From Octopus vulgaris (Eukaryota): DNA of 64,000 nucleotides. The notes beneath the pieces are model-generated. The model was given only the letters and a program-made list of their open reading frames with translations, searched no databases and was not told the origin of the DNA. Both the position numbers and the translations under genes were made by a program. Position 1 is the stretch's first letter. The number at the start of each line of letters is the position of its first letter. Location: the NCBI GenBank assembly GCA_951406725.2, contig OX597834.1:21266001-21330000 (forward strand), given 5' to 3'. Shown here in pieces: positions 40,676-54,277 of the stretch.

Positions 40676-41334
40676 AGTAGTAGGGTGTATTTAGAGAGAG
40701 ATTGAGCTGATTTTACATGTCTTTTTTAGTCCAGATCACCATTGAGCAAATTTCTAATCAAAAGCTTTCCAGATATGACCAACCCGTCTTAGTTTTTATG
40801 TTGTTTACTTTTGGCTAAGCCATACATCTTCGAGATCCCATTATCCAACACATCTTTCTTTTTCCTTTGTTTTTTTTTCTTATATGACAACACGGTGTGA
40901 TCTGAGGGTGATTTAGCTGCTATATTTTGCAAATTATGCATACTCCCTCTACCTAATCAAGTGTCACCGTGTGCACTGTTTCAAATCTCCACAAACTGAA
41001 TCTCCAATCTAATTTTAATTCCTTCTGCCACACTCACCCACCCCTCCTACCGGAACTCATTTCATCACTTCTCTTATTATAATCACGGATAACCAGCCAC
41101 TAGTTTCATGACTACGAATGAACTAAACTGCTTTTATCAGACCAAGTCTGGCAGTGTTAAATAAACAGCTTTGGGCAAGAGGAACCGACTGTAGCCATCA
41201 TTGTGTCAAAGCTAATAGTTTATTAGTTCAATAAAGTGTCAAGACTTTCACTCGACAATCCAACATTGTCCAACCATTCAAATACGACCCACCCCCTTCT
41301 TTGGTGCTTTTTCTTCTTCATCTTCAGACTCTTA

Positions 41335-42015
41335 AATCTCCTTCTGTCTCTTCCATCTCTCTTTTTCTCTCTACCTCTCTCTTTCCATCCGTCCACCCTC
41401 TTTACACCCTTGTCCTTCTCCCTCACTCTTTTGCCCTCTCTTTCCTAGCTCTCTTTTTCTCTCTTTCTCTGTCCCTCTCTCTCTCACCCTCTCTACTCTT
41501 CTCTCTCTCCCTCTCTCTCTCCCATCTTTCTCTTTTTGTCTCTACCTTCCTCTCTATCCCTCCCGCTTTACTCTCTATTCCTCTCTCTCCTCTTTTCCCT
41601 CTCCCTCTCTCTTTACTCTTTCATCTCTCTCCCTCCTTCTCTGCTCATTTCTCTCTCTCCCTCTCTTTCTATCTCTCCCTGTCTCTCTCCCCTTCTCTCT
41701 ATCTCCCTCTCTTTTCCTTCTCCTGTTCTCTCCCTCCCTCTCCTACTCTCTCCCTCCCTCTATACTTTTTCGTCTGTCTCCCTCTCTATTCACTTCTCTC
41801 CTTCCTTCTCTGCCCATTTCTCTCTCTCTTCCTCTTTCTCTCTCCTCTCTCTGTCTCCCTCTTTTTTCCCTCTCCTACTCTCTCCCTCTCTTGCTATCTC
41901 TCTCGCTTCCTCTCTCTCCCTGTCTCTTTTTCCTTTTCCTTCTCCCTCCCTACCTCCTACCCATCTCTCTCACTTTCACTCTCTCGCTCACCCTCACCCA
42001 ACCTCTCCCTCTGTC
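41335..42015. repeat. ~680-bp polypyrimidine (CT-rich) tract
   Basis: Direct reading; a similar tract lies at ~56820-57500. Confidence 0.95.
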
Positions 42016-42295
42016 TGTTGCTAATCACTCTTCTTTGCAATCTAACTTAATTGCTTTTTCACATAATGGTCAAAACAGTAAAGCTATTGGATTACCACCC
42101 AACACCCCACTAACTACACCCAACACCCCACCAACTATATTTCCAACTCTTTTTGTTCTTGTTCTTGTTTACCTCTTGGTTAGCCTTGATCTGAGCATCT
42201 TAACTTTTATTATTATCATCACCATCATCATCATCATCATCATCATTCTACTCTTTCTTTTTATAAGGCAGTGGTATCTCGACAGGTGCTGAGAT

Positions 42296-42553
42296 CACTG
42301 GTTCTCAACTGAGGTCCAGATGACCCTTGGAGGTCCATGCAAGGTTTTGCAGTTAAAATTTGTATAATAAATTGTTTATACTTCTACAATACACAAAACA
42401 GTTTAACAATTTTTTTTTGTATATAATTCCTAAGAATATTTGATTATAAAAATATAATAGGGTTTTTATAAAACTTCAAATGGTTATTGAGGTTCATCTA
42501 AATAAAAGAGAAATCACAGGGGTCCATAGACAAAAAATAGTTGAAAAACCTTG
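42296..42553. mobile_element. hAT-type MITE (diverged)
   Basis: TIRs CACTGGTTCTCAACT / AGTTGAAAAACCTTG; 8-bp flanks GCTGAGAT / GCCTAGAT (6/8). Confidence 0.7.
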
Positions 42554-43074
42554 GCCTAGATGATGGGGGTGTGATAGCAATCAGTGAGACCAGGATATCT
42601 GAGCTACATTCATTTGCATTTGTTCTCGAGAACTATGGGGTGTACTCATCTTGTGGCTAGTCAGAATCAGTTGGCAGAGTGGTATTATAATGGTTCATCA
42701 TTGTTTAATGTCCTCCTTCCATGCTGGCATGGGTTGGATGGTTTGATAGGAACTGGACAGGCAGAAGACTGCATCATACTTCTGTGTCTGTTTTGGCTGC
42801 ATGCCCTTCCTAACACCAACTATTCCATAGAGTGGGCTGAGTACTTTTTGCATGGCACCAGCACAGACAAGGTCAGTTTTGACATGGTTTTTACAACAAG
42901 ATGCCCTTCCAAGTGCCAACCACTTTGCAGTATGGACTGAATGGTTTTTATATGGCACCAGCACTGTCAGGGTCCCCAAGTATCTTACAAGACAAGTTAC
43001 TTGGAATGGTAATGTTGAGGATAAAAGGCTGGCTCCTGAATTATGAGCTCTTGCTACTCAGATGATAATGATGA

Positions 43075-43625
43075 TAATTTGGTTGTGCTCAATGTGAATG
43101 GTAGCAAAGGAAGTTCCCTGATTGGAGCAGCTTATATTTCTTCAGGCATCTAGAAGCTTTCTCAGGAATACTCTGCTCTTTAGTACTCATTGGGGACTGG
43201 AATTGCATGTTAGATGCATGGTGGGATTGTTTAGCATTTGCACACAGGAGAAGTCAAACAGAACTACTCAGTATCAAGTGGATTTCCTTCTGTCAGCCTG
43301 AAATTGCAGGCTGTTTTATTGTGCTTAGTGGCTGGCAAAAAAGAGGTTTTGAGTGTGTGGACAAAATTGAAAGGTCTGAAGACAAGAAACACTCCATTTC
43401 TGTGAAGCCTGCTTGGATACGTTTAGACAGAGATACTCTCTTTGGTGGGCAATTTTATTGTGCTTAGAGGCTTGCACAAAAGAGGTTGTGATTGTGTGGA
43501 TATGATTGAAAGAGCTGAAGACAGAAACCTTCCATATCAGCAAAGCCCACTTAGAAAAGTTGGTGAGAGGAGAAACGGAGAGATGATATAGGGCACTTGC
43601 AGGGTTTGATGTTGGGTTTAGTAGG
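43075..43625 (+). pseudogene. Decayed Tx1/L1-type LINE endonuclease (APE) fragment with internal ~137-bp duplication
   Basis: Manual translation gives LVVLNVNGSKG... and YFFRHLEAFSGILCSLVLIGDWNCMLDAWWD, matching the APE GD(F/W)N motif. ttttattgtgcttag...ctgaagaca is repeated at ~43314 and ~43453. Confidence 0.65.
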
Positions 43626-43878
43626 GTTCTTTCATTGGCCCCAGAATCAAATTCTTTTCTCTGAGAACTACATCATATAATTTGTGTGCTGTAGATGTTT
43701 TTCTTTTTTGCTATTTCATTCTTTTTATTCTCATTTTCCTCATCCAGTTGCTGCGTAAACTGCCCTCCTTTTTTGAAACCTGTCTCTGTAATGTCCTCTT
43801 TATCAGTTGTCCTGGTGACAAATAAACTAAATTATCATCATCATCATCATCACCATCATCACTGTCAGTTTCACTCAC

Positions 43879-43911
<33 letters not shown>

Positions 43912-43973
43912 TATCACTGCCGTACTCTCATCATCATCTCAGTACTCTCATCATCATCATCATTATCATCATC

Positions 43974-44005
<32 letters not shown>

Positions 44006-44250
44006 CATCATCATCATTATTATTCCCTTTGTAAGCGTCATTTGAGGTTTCCAAGAAAAATTTCTAGGTCCATCTTCAAAGTCTTTGATCTGTTTTTGAA
44101 GCGCCAGAGTCAAATTATATTTTTATCTGCAAAGGGAAGAACACAAGACACACTGTACAACGACCACCACCAACACCACCACCACTACCATCGCATCCCA
44201 CTCTACTTCTCTTGCCATCATCCTCATCATCATCATCACTATCAACATCG

Positions 44251-44288
<38 letters not shown>

Positions 44289-44773
44289 CACACTGCTCCT
44301 TATCCTGTCTCATCCAACTAGTTCAAATAACTGGATTTGAAGAATGCAGTTGGTGCTTTGGAGCTTTGCGGCTCTGTGGCGGTGCACAGAAAATGTCCAT
44401 GCATGAAATTATGTGCAGCAGCATCCACTGGTGTGAGTGTGTGCATGTGTGCATACATTCAGGCATACATGCTTAAATGCAATCCAGGAGTTTTGCCTAC
44501 AGTATTTATGTGAAATGCACATGCGTTGCATTGCATATGCGAACACATGCATGCGTGTGCACATACATAAGTCAGAACATAGATTCAATCATGTTATGCC
44601 TTGTTCAAAAATACACACAGACACACATAATTGTCTATCTACATATATATCTATCTGTCTATCTATCTATCTATCGATCTATCTATCTATCTATCTGTCT
44701 GTCTGTCTCTCTGTCTATCTACAAGCATACATCCATTCATATTTATTCAGATATGTTTGCTTGTATGTGTGTA

Positions 44774-44809
<36 letters not shown>

Positions 44810-44813
44810 TGTA

Positions 44814-44844
<31 letters not shown>

Positions 44845-45567
44845 CCATACATGCTCACTGGTACATATGTGTGTGTGTGTATGTACATGTATACCCATAT
44901 ATGTGTGTACATATATATATATGTATGTATGTAAATATGTGTACATATATGTGTGTGTGTGTGTATGAATATACATATACATATATGCATACACATACAC
45001 ACACATGTATGTATTCATGCATACATTCATACAAACATAAATATATTCATACATAAGCATATGCTTATGTATACAGATTTCTGCATGAGTAAAAATGACT
45101 GATTCTGTACATATGCAGGCATATGCACGCACGCACACATACACACACACACACACAGCACACGCACTATAAACATTTTGCATGTGCTTTCTGTCATATG
45201 TTTGTTATTAATCATAGATTTCATTCTACTTGGGACTGCAAATCTATGTAATTTCGTAGATGTATGTGTGTTTTTGCCCAAATCTGTTTGTGTTCATAGC
45301 TATTTTAATGTGTATGTGTGCACGTGTGTGTCTATGTGTGTGTGTGTGCGCGCGTCTATGTGTTTGTATGCATTCCTTCAGGTTTGTATTCAAGTGTTTT
45401 TTATTTACATTTATCCATGTGCACATGCGTGCACGTCTATGTGTGTTCATGTGTGTATATACACATTCACACAAACACATATTCATACATGCATACATAT
45501 ATCTCTATCTATCTGTCTTTCACTATATATATATTTATATATGTATGTATGTGTGTGTGTGTATGTG

Positions 45568-45598
<31 letters not shown>

Positions 45599-45638
45599 CA
45601 TCATCATCATCATCGTTTAGCATACGTTTTCCATGCTA

Positions 45639-45872
<234 letters not shown>

Positions 45873-46292
45873 GGCGCAGGAGTGGCTGTGTGGTAAGTAG
45901 CCTGTCTACCAACCACATGGTTCCGGGTTCAGTCCCACTGTGTGGCACCTTGGGCAAGTGTCTTCTACTATAGCCTCGGGCCGACCAATGCCTTGTGAGT
46001 GGATTTGGTAGACGGAAACTGAAAGAAGCCCGTCGTATATATGTATATATATATATATGTATGCGTGTGTGTGTTTGTGTGTCTGTGTTTGTCCCCATAG
46101 CATTGCTTGACAACAGATGCTGGTGTGTTTGTGTCCCCGTCACTTAGCGGTTCGGCAAAAGAGACCGATAGAATAAGTACTGGGCTTACAATAGAATAAG
46201 TTCCGGGGTCGAGTTGCTCGATTAAAGGCGGTGCTCCAGCATGGCCGCAGTCAAATGACTGAAACAAGTAAAAGAGTAAAGAGTAAAGAGAG
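45873..46292 (+). mobile_element. Best-preserved SINE family A copy (tRNA-derived head with A/B boxes, CORE-like segment, internal TA/TG microsatellite)
   Basis: GGCGCAGGAGTGGCTGTGTGG (A-box-like)...GGTTCAGTCCC (B-box-like)...GGCACCTTGGGCAAGTGTCTT (CORE-like)...gactgaaacaagtaaaagagtaaagag tail. CpGs are retained. Confidence 0.9.
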
Positions 46293-46650
46293 TATACATA
46301 TATATATACATACACACATAGACAAATTAATTACTGGCAGATGTAAGTAAGCACATATTTACATTCCACAAAGCTTACATGCATGTAAGCATGCATACAT
46401 GCATGCAAACAGACATGTGAGCACACACAGATTTGCATGTAAGCAAGGAACCAGATGACTTAACTTTGCTCTGTTTTTCATCCTTTCTCTCTCTCTCTCT
46501 CTCTCTCTCTACGCCACCTCTCTTTCTCTCTATCTGTCTGTTTGTCTGTCTATCTTACTTTCTTTCCTTTTCCCCATCTTTTGTAATTTATGTGAAAGAA
46601 ACTGACTACTGGAAGCAATATCAACAACAACAACAATAGTAATGATAATG

Positions 46651-46686
<36 letters not shown>

Positions 46687-46770
46687 GTAATAATAATGAT
46701 AATAATAATAATAATATGTATGGAAAACACTCAGCGAGAAACGGAAGAAAATTTGAAGAAAGAAGGAAAA

Positions 46771-46816
<46 letters not shown>

Positions 46817-46972
46817 CTAGAGAAAAAATACCAATATATCAGTCTTTGATAAACTAGTGTGACACAGAAACCGAATGTAAAGAATGACTGACAGTTTTTT
46901 TTTTTTTTTCTGAAGAATTTCTTTTGAATGGGATATTGTGTTGTTAAACTACTGTTGGTGAAATAGCCCTCA

Positions 46973-47004
<32 letters not shown>

Positions 47005-47280
47005 ATGTGTGGTGGGTTTGCTGGTTTTGTGGTAGGGCCGTTGGTGGTGGTGGTGGGGACATAGGAGATGAAGGGTTTGCTTTTGTGAAGTATTCTGCCT
47101 TGAAACTTGTGGAAATGTATACCAGTTTGGGTCGATTTTCCCCTCCTAGCAAGCATATATGTACATGTGTGTGTAGGTTTGCATGAGTGTGTGTGTGTAT
47201 ACATGCATATATATGTATACATACACACATGTATATGTACAGCTATATCTACATATATATATATATAGATATATAGCTAC

Positions 47281-47320
<40 letters not shown>

Positions 47321-47697
47321 GTATATATATATATATGTATATATATATGCATATACATATATATGTATATATATATATATGTGTGTGTATGAAATCTGAG
47401 ATTGCGTTGCTGTTACTCAGAGTTTCATGTTTCCACACTTCCCTTGTGATGAAAAGTAGTAATGCAATTTACAACAATGGAGTATCTCAAATTTTAATTG
47501 TGTATGTAAGTCTATATATTTATATATATGTGTGTGTGTGTATATATATATACACACACACACGCACTCACATACACAAACATGTGTGTTTATATAACAT
47601 AATTGCCCCATAGTCTTGCTCAACGATGCACTCTTCTCAACTCATGCACACTCACACACACACATACACACATACACATACTGCATACAGAATCTTG

Positions 47698-47758
<61 letters not shown>

Positions 47759-47769
47759 ACACATAAACA

Positions 47770-47919
47770 CAGTCATGGCCAAAAGTTTGGATCCTTTCTT
47801 TAAAAATTAGAATTATTTTTCCCAAGTACAATTCAATTCAAATTTATACAACGTATTTAAGCATTTAATATAAAAATTCTAATTTTCAGACCTATGTTCC
47901 AAACTTTTGGCCATAACTG
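47770..47919. mobile_element. Tc1-type MITE (150 bp)
   Basis: TIRs CAGTCATGGCCAAAAGTTTGGA / TCCAAACTTTTGGCCATAACTG (21/22). Flanks read CA rather than TA. Confidence 0.8.
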
Positions 47920-47931
47920 CATATACATACT

Positions 47932-47981
<50 letters not shown>

Positions 47982-48072
47982 AAAAAGTAGGATAAAATCT
48001 TTACAAGAATTTATCAAGTAGTCAGCGTGGAAACCTCATAAGGGAAAAATTTATTATCATTACTTTAAATAA

Positions 48073-48343
48073 ATTTATTTATATTAAGGGCATTACTACA
48101 CATAAACGCCTCATGCTATTAGGGACTCTTTAAGTCAAAACTACCATAATAAATACACAGTGAACCTAACACGAGGGAATGCAACCTTTGAAGCCAATCC
48201 TTAAAAATAGATTCTCTTTTTAAGGGTTGGCTTCAAAGGTTGCATTCCCTCGCGTTCGGTACTCTGTGTATTTATTATTGTAGTTTTGACTTTAAGAGTC
48301 CCAAATAGCCTAATGGATTTCTGTGTAGTAATGCCCTTAATAA

Positions 48344-48349
<6 letters not shown>
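48073..48349. repeat. Long imperfect inverted repeat (~135-bp arms, ~9-nt loop)
   Basis: cgagggaatgcaacctttgaagccaatccttaaaaa|tagattctc|tttttaagggttggcttcaaaggttgcattccctcg; pairing extends out to attaagggcattactacac / gtgtagtaatgcccttaat. Confidence 0.9.
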
Positions 48350-48400
<51 letters not shown>

Positions 48401-49382
48401 GTGAAGGGAAGAAATGGAGCCGAACGAAGATTCTACAAAATTCCTTTTTATTATTTTCTACACATGTTAAATTTTGAATAATCCGTAACAAGATAATTCA
48501 TTTATCCATTTCTTTAAATATATATATATATATATATACACATACACACATACAATAGTCTGAAACTGTATTTTCATGCCATCTACATTTAGAATATGAT
48601 CTGGACTTCATTCATACATTACCGACAGAAAACGGTATTTTTTCTATCATTCTTTCCCTCTCTCCTCTCTCTCCCCTTCTCTCTCTCTCTCGCTCTCTTT
48701 CTCTTATTCAATGGAATGTTACTTTAACAGTAAAATCTCATTCCAAGAATTGTTCTTTTGAAATCTGTCCAATTTCGAAGACGTCCTCCAATTACCAATT
48801 TAATTACGCCACGAATACCGCAATTAAAAACGAAACAAAGAAAAACAAAAAAAAAAAACAAGCAAAAATAGTATACATATATATATATATATATATATAA
48901 ATAGACGAACCACAAAAAGAAATCAATTAACGAATGACTTAAATGAATGACTAAATAAATAAGTAAATAAATAAATAAATAAATAAATTTCCTAAAACAG
49001 AAACAGGATAATCATCATCATCATCAGCAACAACAACAACAACAACAAAAATTACAACTTCAGCAGCAGCAGCAATAACAACAACAACAACAATAATAAT
49101 AGCAACTTTTGAGAGAGAAGATGTGAAATTATGTAAGAATGTAAAATAGAACCTGGCAGCATGATGGTGGGGAGTTGTTCCACTTATGGTGTAATAATGG
49201 AGGATTCTGGCAACTATCGAATAAAAATTTTGCCATCACTTTTGAGTTTTATTTTCGTTTTTGTTTCTTTTTCTTTTTTATTTAATTTTATTTATTTTCG
49301 TTTATTTTATTTTTTTTGTTTTGTTTTGTTTAGTTTAGTTTCTGACATTGTTGGATCGGAGACTGGGCACCTATGTATGTTC

Positions 49383-49434
<52 letters not shown>

Positions 49435-50054
49435 ATATATGTATGTGTGTTTGTATGTATGTATGCAAGCATGTATGTGTGTGTGTTATTGCATGTATGT
49501 TGGTATGTATATATACAGATGCATGTGTATATGTAGCTATGTGTATATGTATGTATGTGTGTTTGTGTATGTATGTAAGCATGTATGTATGTGTGTGTGT
49601 TTATGCGTGTACATAAGTATGTATGCATGTGTATATGTAGGTATGTGTATATGTATGTTTGTATATACTTGTGTATATGTATGTATCTACGTATGTATGT
49701 AAATGTGTGTGTACATATGTATGTCTCTAAATATGTAAATGCATGTATGTATATGTACATGTGTATATGTAAGTATATATGTATATATATGTATATGTAT
49801 GAGTGTATGCATACATGTGTGAGAGTTCATGTGCATATATATACTAAATACTCAAACATATACATACTCAACCATACACATGCATTTACATATATATACA
49901 TATCATCATCATCATCATCATCGTTTAACGTCTGCTTTCCATGCTAGCATGGGTTGGACAAATATATATATATATACATATATACACACACCCACATATA
50001 TATTAAAAAAAATATGCAATATATATTACATTTAAGGAAGCATGTATGTTTACA

Positions 50055-50110
<56 letters not shown>

Positions 50111-50547
50111 TAAGGTAGATAGATGTAAAAGTTAGCAGGATATATTTTTCTTGGGATGTGTGTGTATGCCTGGATATAGCTAGACAGAGAGACAGACAGG
50201 CAAACAGACAAACAGACAATCAGACCGACAGGCAGGCAGACAATCAGACCGACAGACAGACTGACAGATAGATAGATAGATAGATAAATAGATGGATATA
50301 AAATTAGCAATATATATCTTGAGAGGGGTGGGTATAAATTTACACACACACGCACACACAAATACACACTCACATATATATATGTATACAAAAGCCTCTG
50401 TATTTATGTTTGTGTGTGTGTGAGTGTGTATTTTGCTTGCTTCTCTGTATGTGTTCATGTTTTGCATTTATGAGATAAAGACCAAGATTTTAGTAGAAAC
50501 CAAGAGGAAAACACTTTGCCAGGGCAAAAGAAATATTTTTGTATAAT

Positions 50548-50619
<72 letters not shown>

Positions 50620-51281
50620 CAAACTTATGTTTGTGTGTGTTTGTATACATGTATTTGTGTATATATGTATACATACATGTTCATGCGTATACAGAGACGT
50701 ACATGCATATATATGTGTGTTTGTGTGTATATTTGTATGAATATGTGTATGCATGTATATACATATACATATATCTCTGTGCGTGTATATGTGTGTGTAT
50801 GTATATATATATATATATATATATAGCTTGCCATCTAACTAGAAAGCAATTAACTAAAAGTCTTAAGAATTGAAAATAAACAAATTCCTGCCAAGTACTT
50901 TTCTAAAAGTGTCTTTAAGAGTGTTATTCCAAAATGGATTGGCAGCATGAAGAAACGGTAGGCAAGGTGTGGTTGGGGTGTAAAATAGAAGATGGAAGGA
51001 AGGAGGGTGGGAGGGAAGGTTAAAAAATATATATCATAGGCTCAAAAGACACCAGACTGAAATCTCAATCTGTATTTAACCAGTGAGATTAGTCGGTTCC
51101 AGCTCCAAGACCGCTAATTAAATTCCATTAACTTAAAGGCTGGAGTCGTTAAAAACTACGACTTTTCATTAAGTGAAATTGCATTGGCTTTGACGAGTTC
51201 GTTTTGTGATTGGAATGTCTTGTCTTTCTAGCTGATGAATAAAACGAACCAACGAATGAAGAAAATGGTTAATAGAATTGA

Positions 51282-51315
<34 letters not shown>

Positions 51316-51566
51316 GGTGGTGGTGGTGATAATGAAGAAAAAGAAAGAGGAGGAAGAAGAGGAGGGAGAAGAGGGGAAATGGTGATGCTGGTGCTGTTGA
51401 TGTTGATAATGCTGTTAATGACGATGGTAATGACGATGAGTATGATGATGACGACGGCAGCAATAATGATGACAGCGTTTGTGATGATGATGATGATGAT
51501 GATGATGATTGATGCAGAACACGATGATGATGACAGCAACAACAACAATGATGATGGTCCTGATGG

Positions 51567-51622
<56 letters not shown>

Positions 51623-52337
51623 GTTATGATGATGATGATGATGATGATGATGGTTATGATGATGATGATGATGATGGTTATGATGATGATGATGATGATG
51701 GTGGTTATGATGATGGTGGTGGTGGTGGTGGTGGTGGTGGTTGTGGTGGTTATGATGAGGCAGAGGATAATGGAAAATTATAGGCTTTGGTTTAAGAGGA
51801 ATCATTGATAATTCTTTAGATTTGGCTTAGGTATGTTATTTTTGAAGTTGCACCTTCTTAATTACTCAGGAATTCTTGAAAGGACACTCATAAAAATCGT
51901 TGTGTTTGTTGTTGTTATTCTCGTTTTATTCAGTTTATAGTTGTTGTTGGTTTTTTTTTTTTTCGCCACCGCCCGAACGCCATCCACCCATTTACCCATT
52001 TACACCTCCTTTGCAGATGGTTTGAGCATCCAAAGAAGAACAAAAGGCAGTCTTTGAGAATTAAGGGATTATTGTGTAAAGGAAAATTAAGAATGAAAGT
52101 TTCCTAAATTGATAAAGTTTATAGAGAAGTCTGTGGAATGGTTGCACAGCAAGTAGTGCCAATATGCTAGGATGAAGTGACATTCCTCGTAGTCATTAAC
52201 AACAGATCAGTGTTTCACAGAACAATGTGATCTAATAAGTCTGATTTTTTAAATCTAAGATGCTGGGTTTCAATCCCAGTGCAGGGTGGAATTAATCCCA
52301 GTATTTTTTTTAGTTTAAAACCTGGTATTTATTATTA

Positions 52338-52478
52338 TAAGGTTATCCCAAAAGTTTGTAGAAAGTCTTGGAAAATAATGATCTTTATTTTGAGGAATAA
52401 TTTTTGTTGTTTTTGTTAGTACTTGGCGAGTAAAAATTCAATTTTCGCAAGTGTTTACGAACTTTTGGGACAACCTAA
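52338..52478. mobile_element. Tc1/mariner MITE (141 bp)
   Basis: TA|TAAGGTTATCCCAAAAGTTTGTA ... TACGAACTTTTGGGACAACCTAA|TA. Confidence 0.8.
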
Positions 52479-52907
52479 TATTAGCCACCTTTGTCAAACT
52501 TATCAGTTATAGGGATAATATATACACACCGACACCAGTTGCCAAGCAGTGGAGGGAGACAAACGCAGGCACAAACACACACACACACACACACACATAC
52601 ACACACACACACACACACAGACAAAGTCAGCTGACAATAAGTCAAAACCATTTCATTCCAAGATTTATGTTTAACAACTAAAGGAATTTAATAAAAGTAT
52701 CTAAATATGAAACATCATGAAAATTGTTCAAACTGAAGTCCTTCTTGAGCGACAATTTTTTCCATTCAAGTCAATACAGAATTACAAATAGTATTTATGG
52801 AATTTTGATTTGGCTATCCTACAGATGGGTGTATTCCAGGGCTGGATACACATGTGGACAATATATCCTCTGTCCTCATGTCGTATTATATTATATATAA
52901 TATAAAA

Positions 52908-53138
52908 GGCGGCGAGCTGGCAGAAACGTTAGCCCGCCGGGCGAAATGCGTAGCCGTATTTCATCTGCCGTTACTTTCTGAGTTCAAATTCCGCCGAGGT
53001 CGACTTTACCTTTCATTCTTTCGGGGTTGATAAATTAAGTACCAGTTACGCACTGGGGTTGATGTAATCGACTTAATCCGTTTGTCTGTCCTTGTTTGTC
53101 CCCTCTATGTTTAGCCCCTTGTGGGTAGTAAAAAAATA
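52908..53138 (+). mobile_element. Full-length SINE family B
   Basis: Near-identical in layout to 22020-22251. Confidence 0.88.
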
Positions 53139-53394
53139 TATATATTATATATATGTATGTATTTGCCAGCTTTGCCTGGCACCTGTGTCGATGGCACGTA
53201 AAAAGCACCTACTACACTCTCGGAGTGGTTGGCGTTAGGAAGGGCATCCAGCTGTAGAAACACTGCCAGATCAGACTGGGCCTGGTGCAGCCTTCTGGCT
53301 TCCCAGATCCCCGGTTGAACCGTCCAACCCATGCTAGCATGGAGAACGGATGTTAAACGATGATGATGATGATGTTCATGTATGTATGTATCAT

Positions 53395-53750
53395 GCGCGG
53401 GGACATAGAAATAATCGGACTGAATACCCGATCGTGCAGTTAAACCACTGGGAGTGAAGGACTCCTAGCCTTTGTTAGGGCATCCTTCTAGGAGAAGGAA
53501 ACTCAGGTAACTGGGATAACTCTGACATAAAACCTGCGGCTCAGTGGTTACCGATGATGTTGACTTGTTCTTCTTTTCGGATTATGGCTGCTGTTGCTTA
53601 GTGAGTGGGATTGACTCAGTGCACAGCCTTTCCTCACTTTAAAAAAATCTTCTTACTCAGACATTGCACGATAACAACATTGATTAAGCTTCGTGGAATG
53701 GCCATACTCGATAACGAGGGGGCAGCCACCACGTATGTATGTATGTATGT
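53395..53750 (+). mobile_element. Probable RTE-related non-autonomous retroelement inserted in (TATG)n
   Basis: Contains gggcatccttctaggagaaggaaactc...aaacc (resembles RTE 5' UTR motif, from memory), retains CpGs, and has (TATG)n on both sides. Confidence 0.4.
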
Positions 53751-54205
53751 ACACACAGGCTCATGTATATGGTTGTTTAGCTATTCCAATGGTCTCCAAG
53801 GTGTCAGTTCCTTTGTCCCTGCCTTTCTCTACTCCTTACATATCCCCTTCCTCATACATACACAAACGTATATACACACACTCAACCCCATCAATTATAT
53901 TCACTTATCCTGTTATTGATGGCTAATTCCATCACACTGGCTGCACCGTTTTCACCATCCTGCACACAGAACCTTGAATATCATCAACACTTAAGAGAGA
54001 AAGGGAAGGAAAGAATGATTGTGGTGATGGTGGTGGTGGAGGTGACATTAGAATAGGGGACAGTTTTATTTTTTAATCTAAAAATGCAAGATTCACCTTT
54101 GAGGACCTTAACTCACTCCCGCCTTCTCCATACTCTCTTCTTATCACTTACCACCCAGCTATCCCTCATTTACTCATACACACACTCACACTCACTCATA
54201 AATGC

Positions 54206-54277
<72 letters not shown>

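Noticed and set aside
41301-42292. 249-aa L/S/F-rich ORF resembling a membrane protein (also 56931-57617)
   Set aside because: CT-only tracts cannot encode stops; compositional artefact.
45873-45945. tRNA genes at SINE heads (also 60310-60450)
   Set aside because: A/B-box-like motifs run straight into multi-copy SINE bodies, and no complete cloverleaf is evident.
51068-51091. Minus-strand TAATCTCACTGGTT resembling miR-216
   Set aside because: The similarity is short, and the hairpin is too small to hold a 22-nt mature arm in that register.
52000-52110. Plus-strand acceptor cctcctttgcag|atgg with short ORF
   Set aside because: No convincing donor, and the reading frame is short and unrecognisable.
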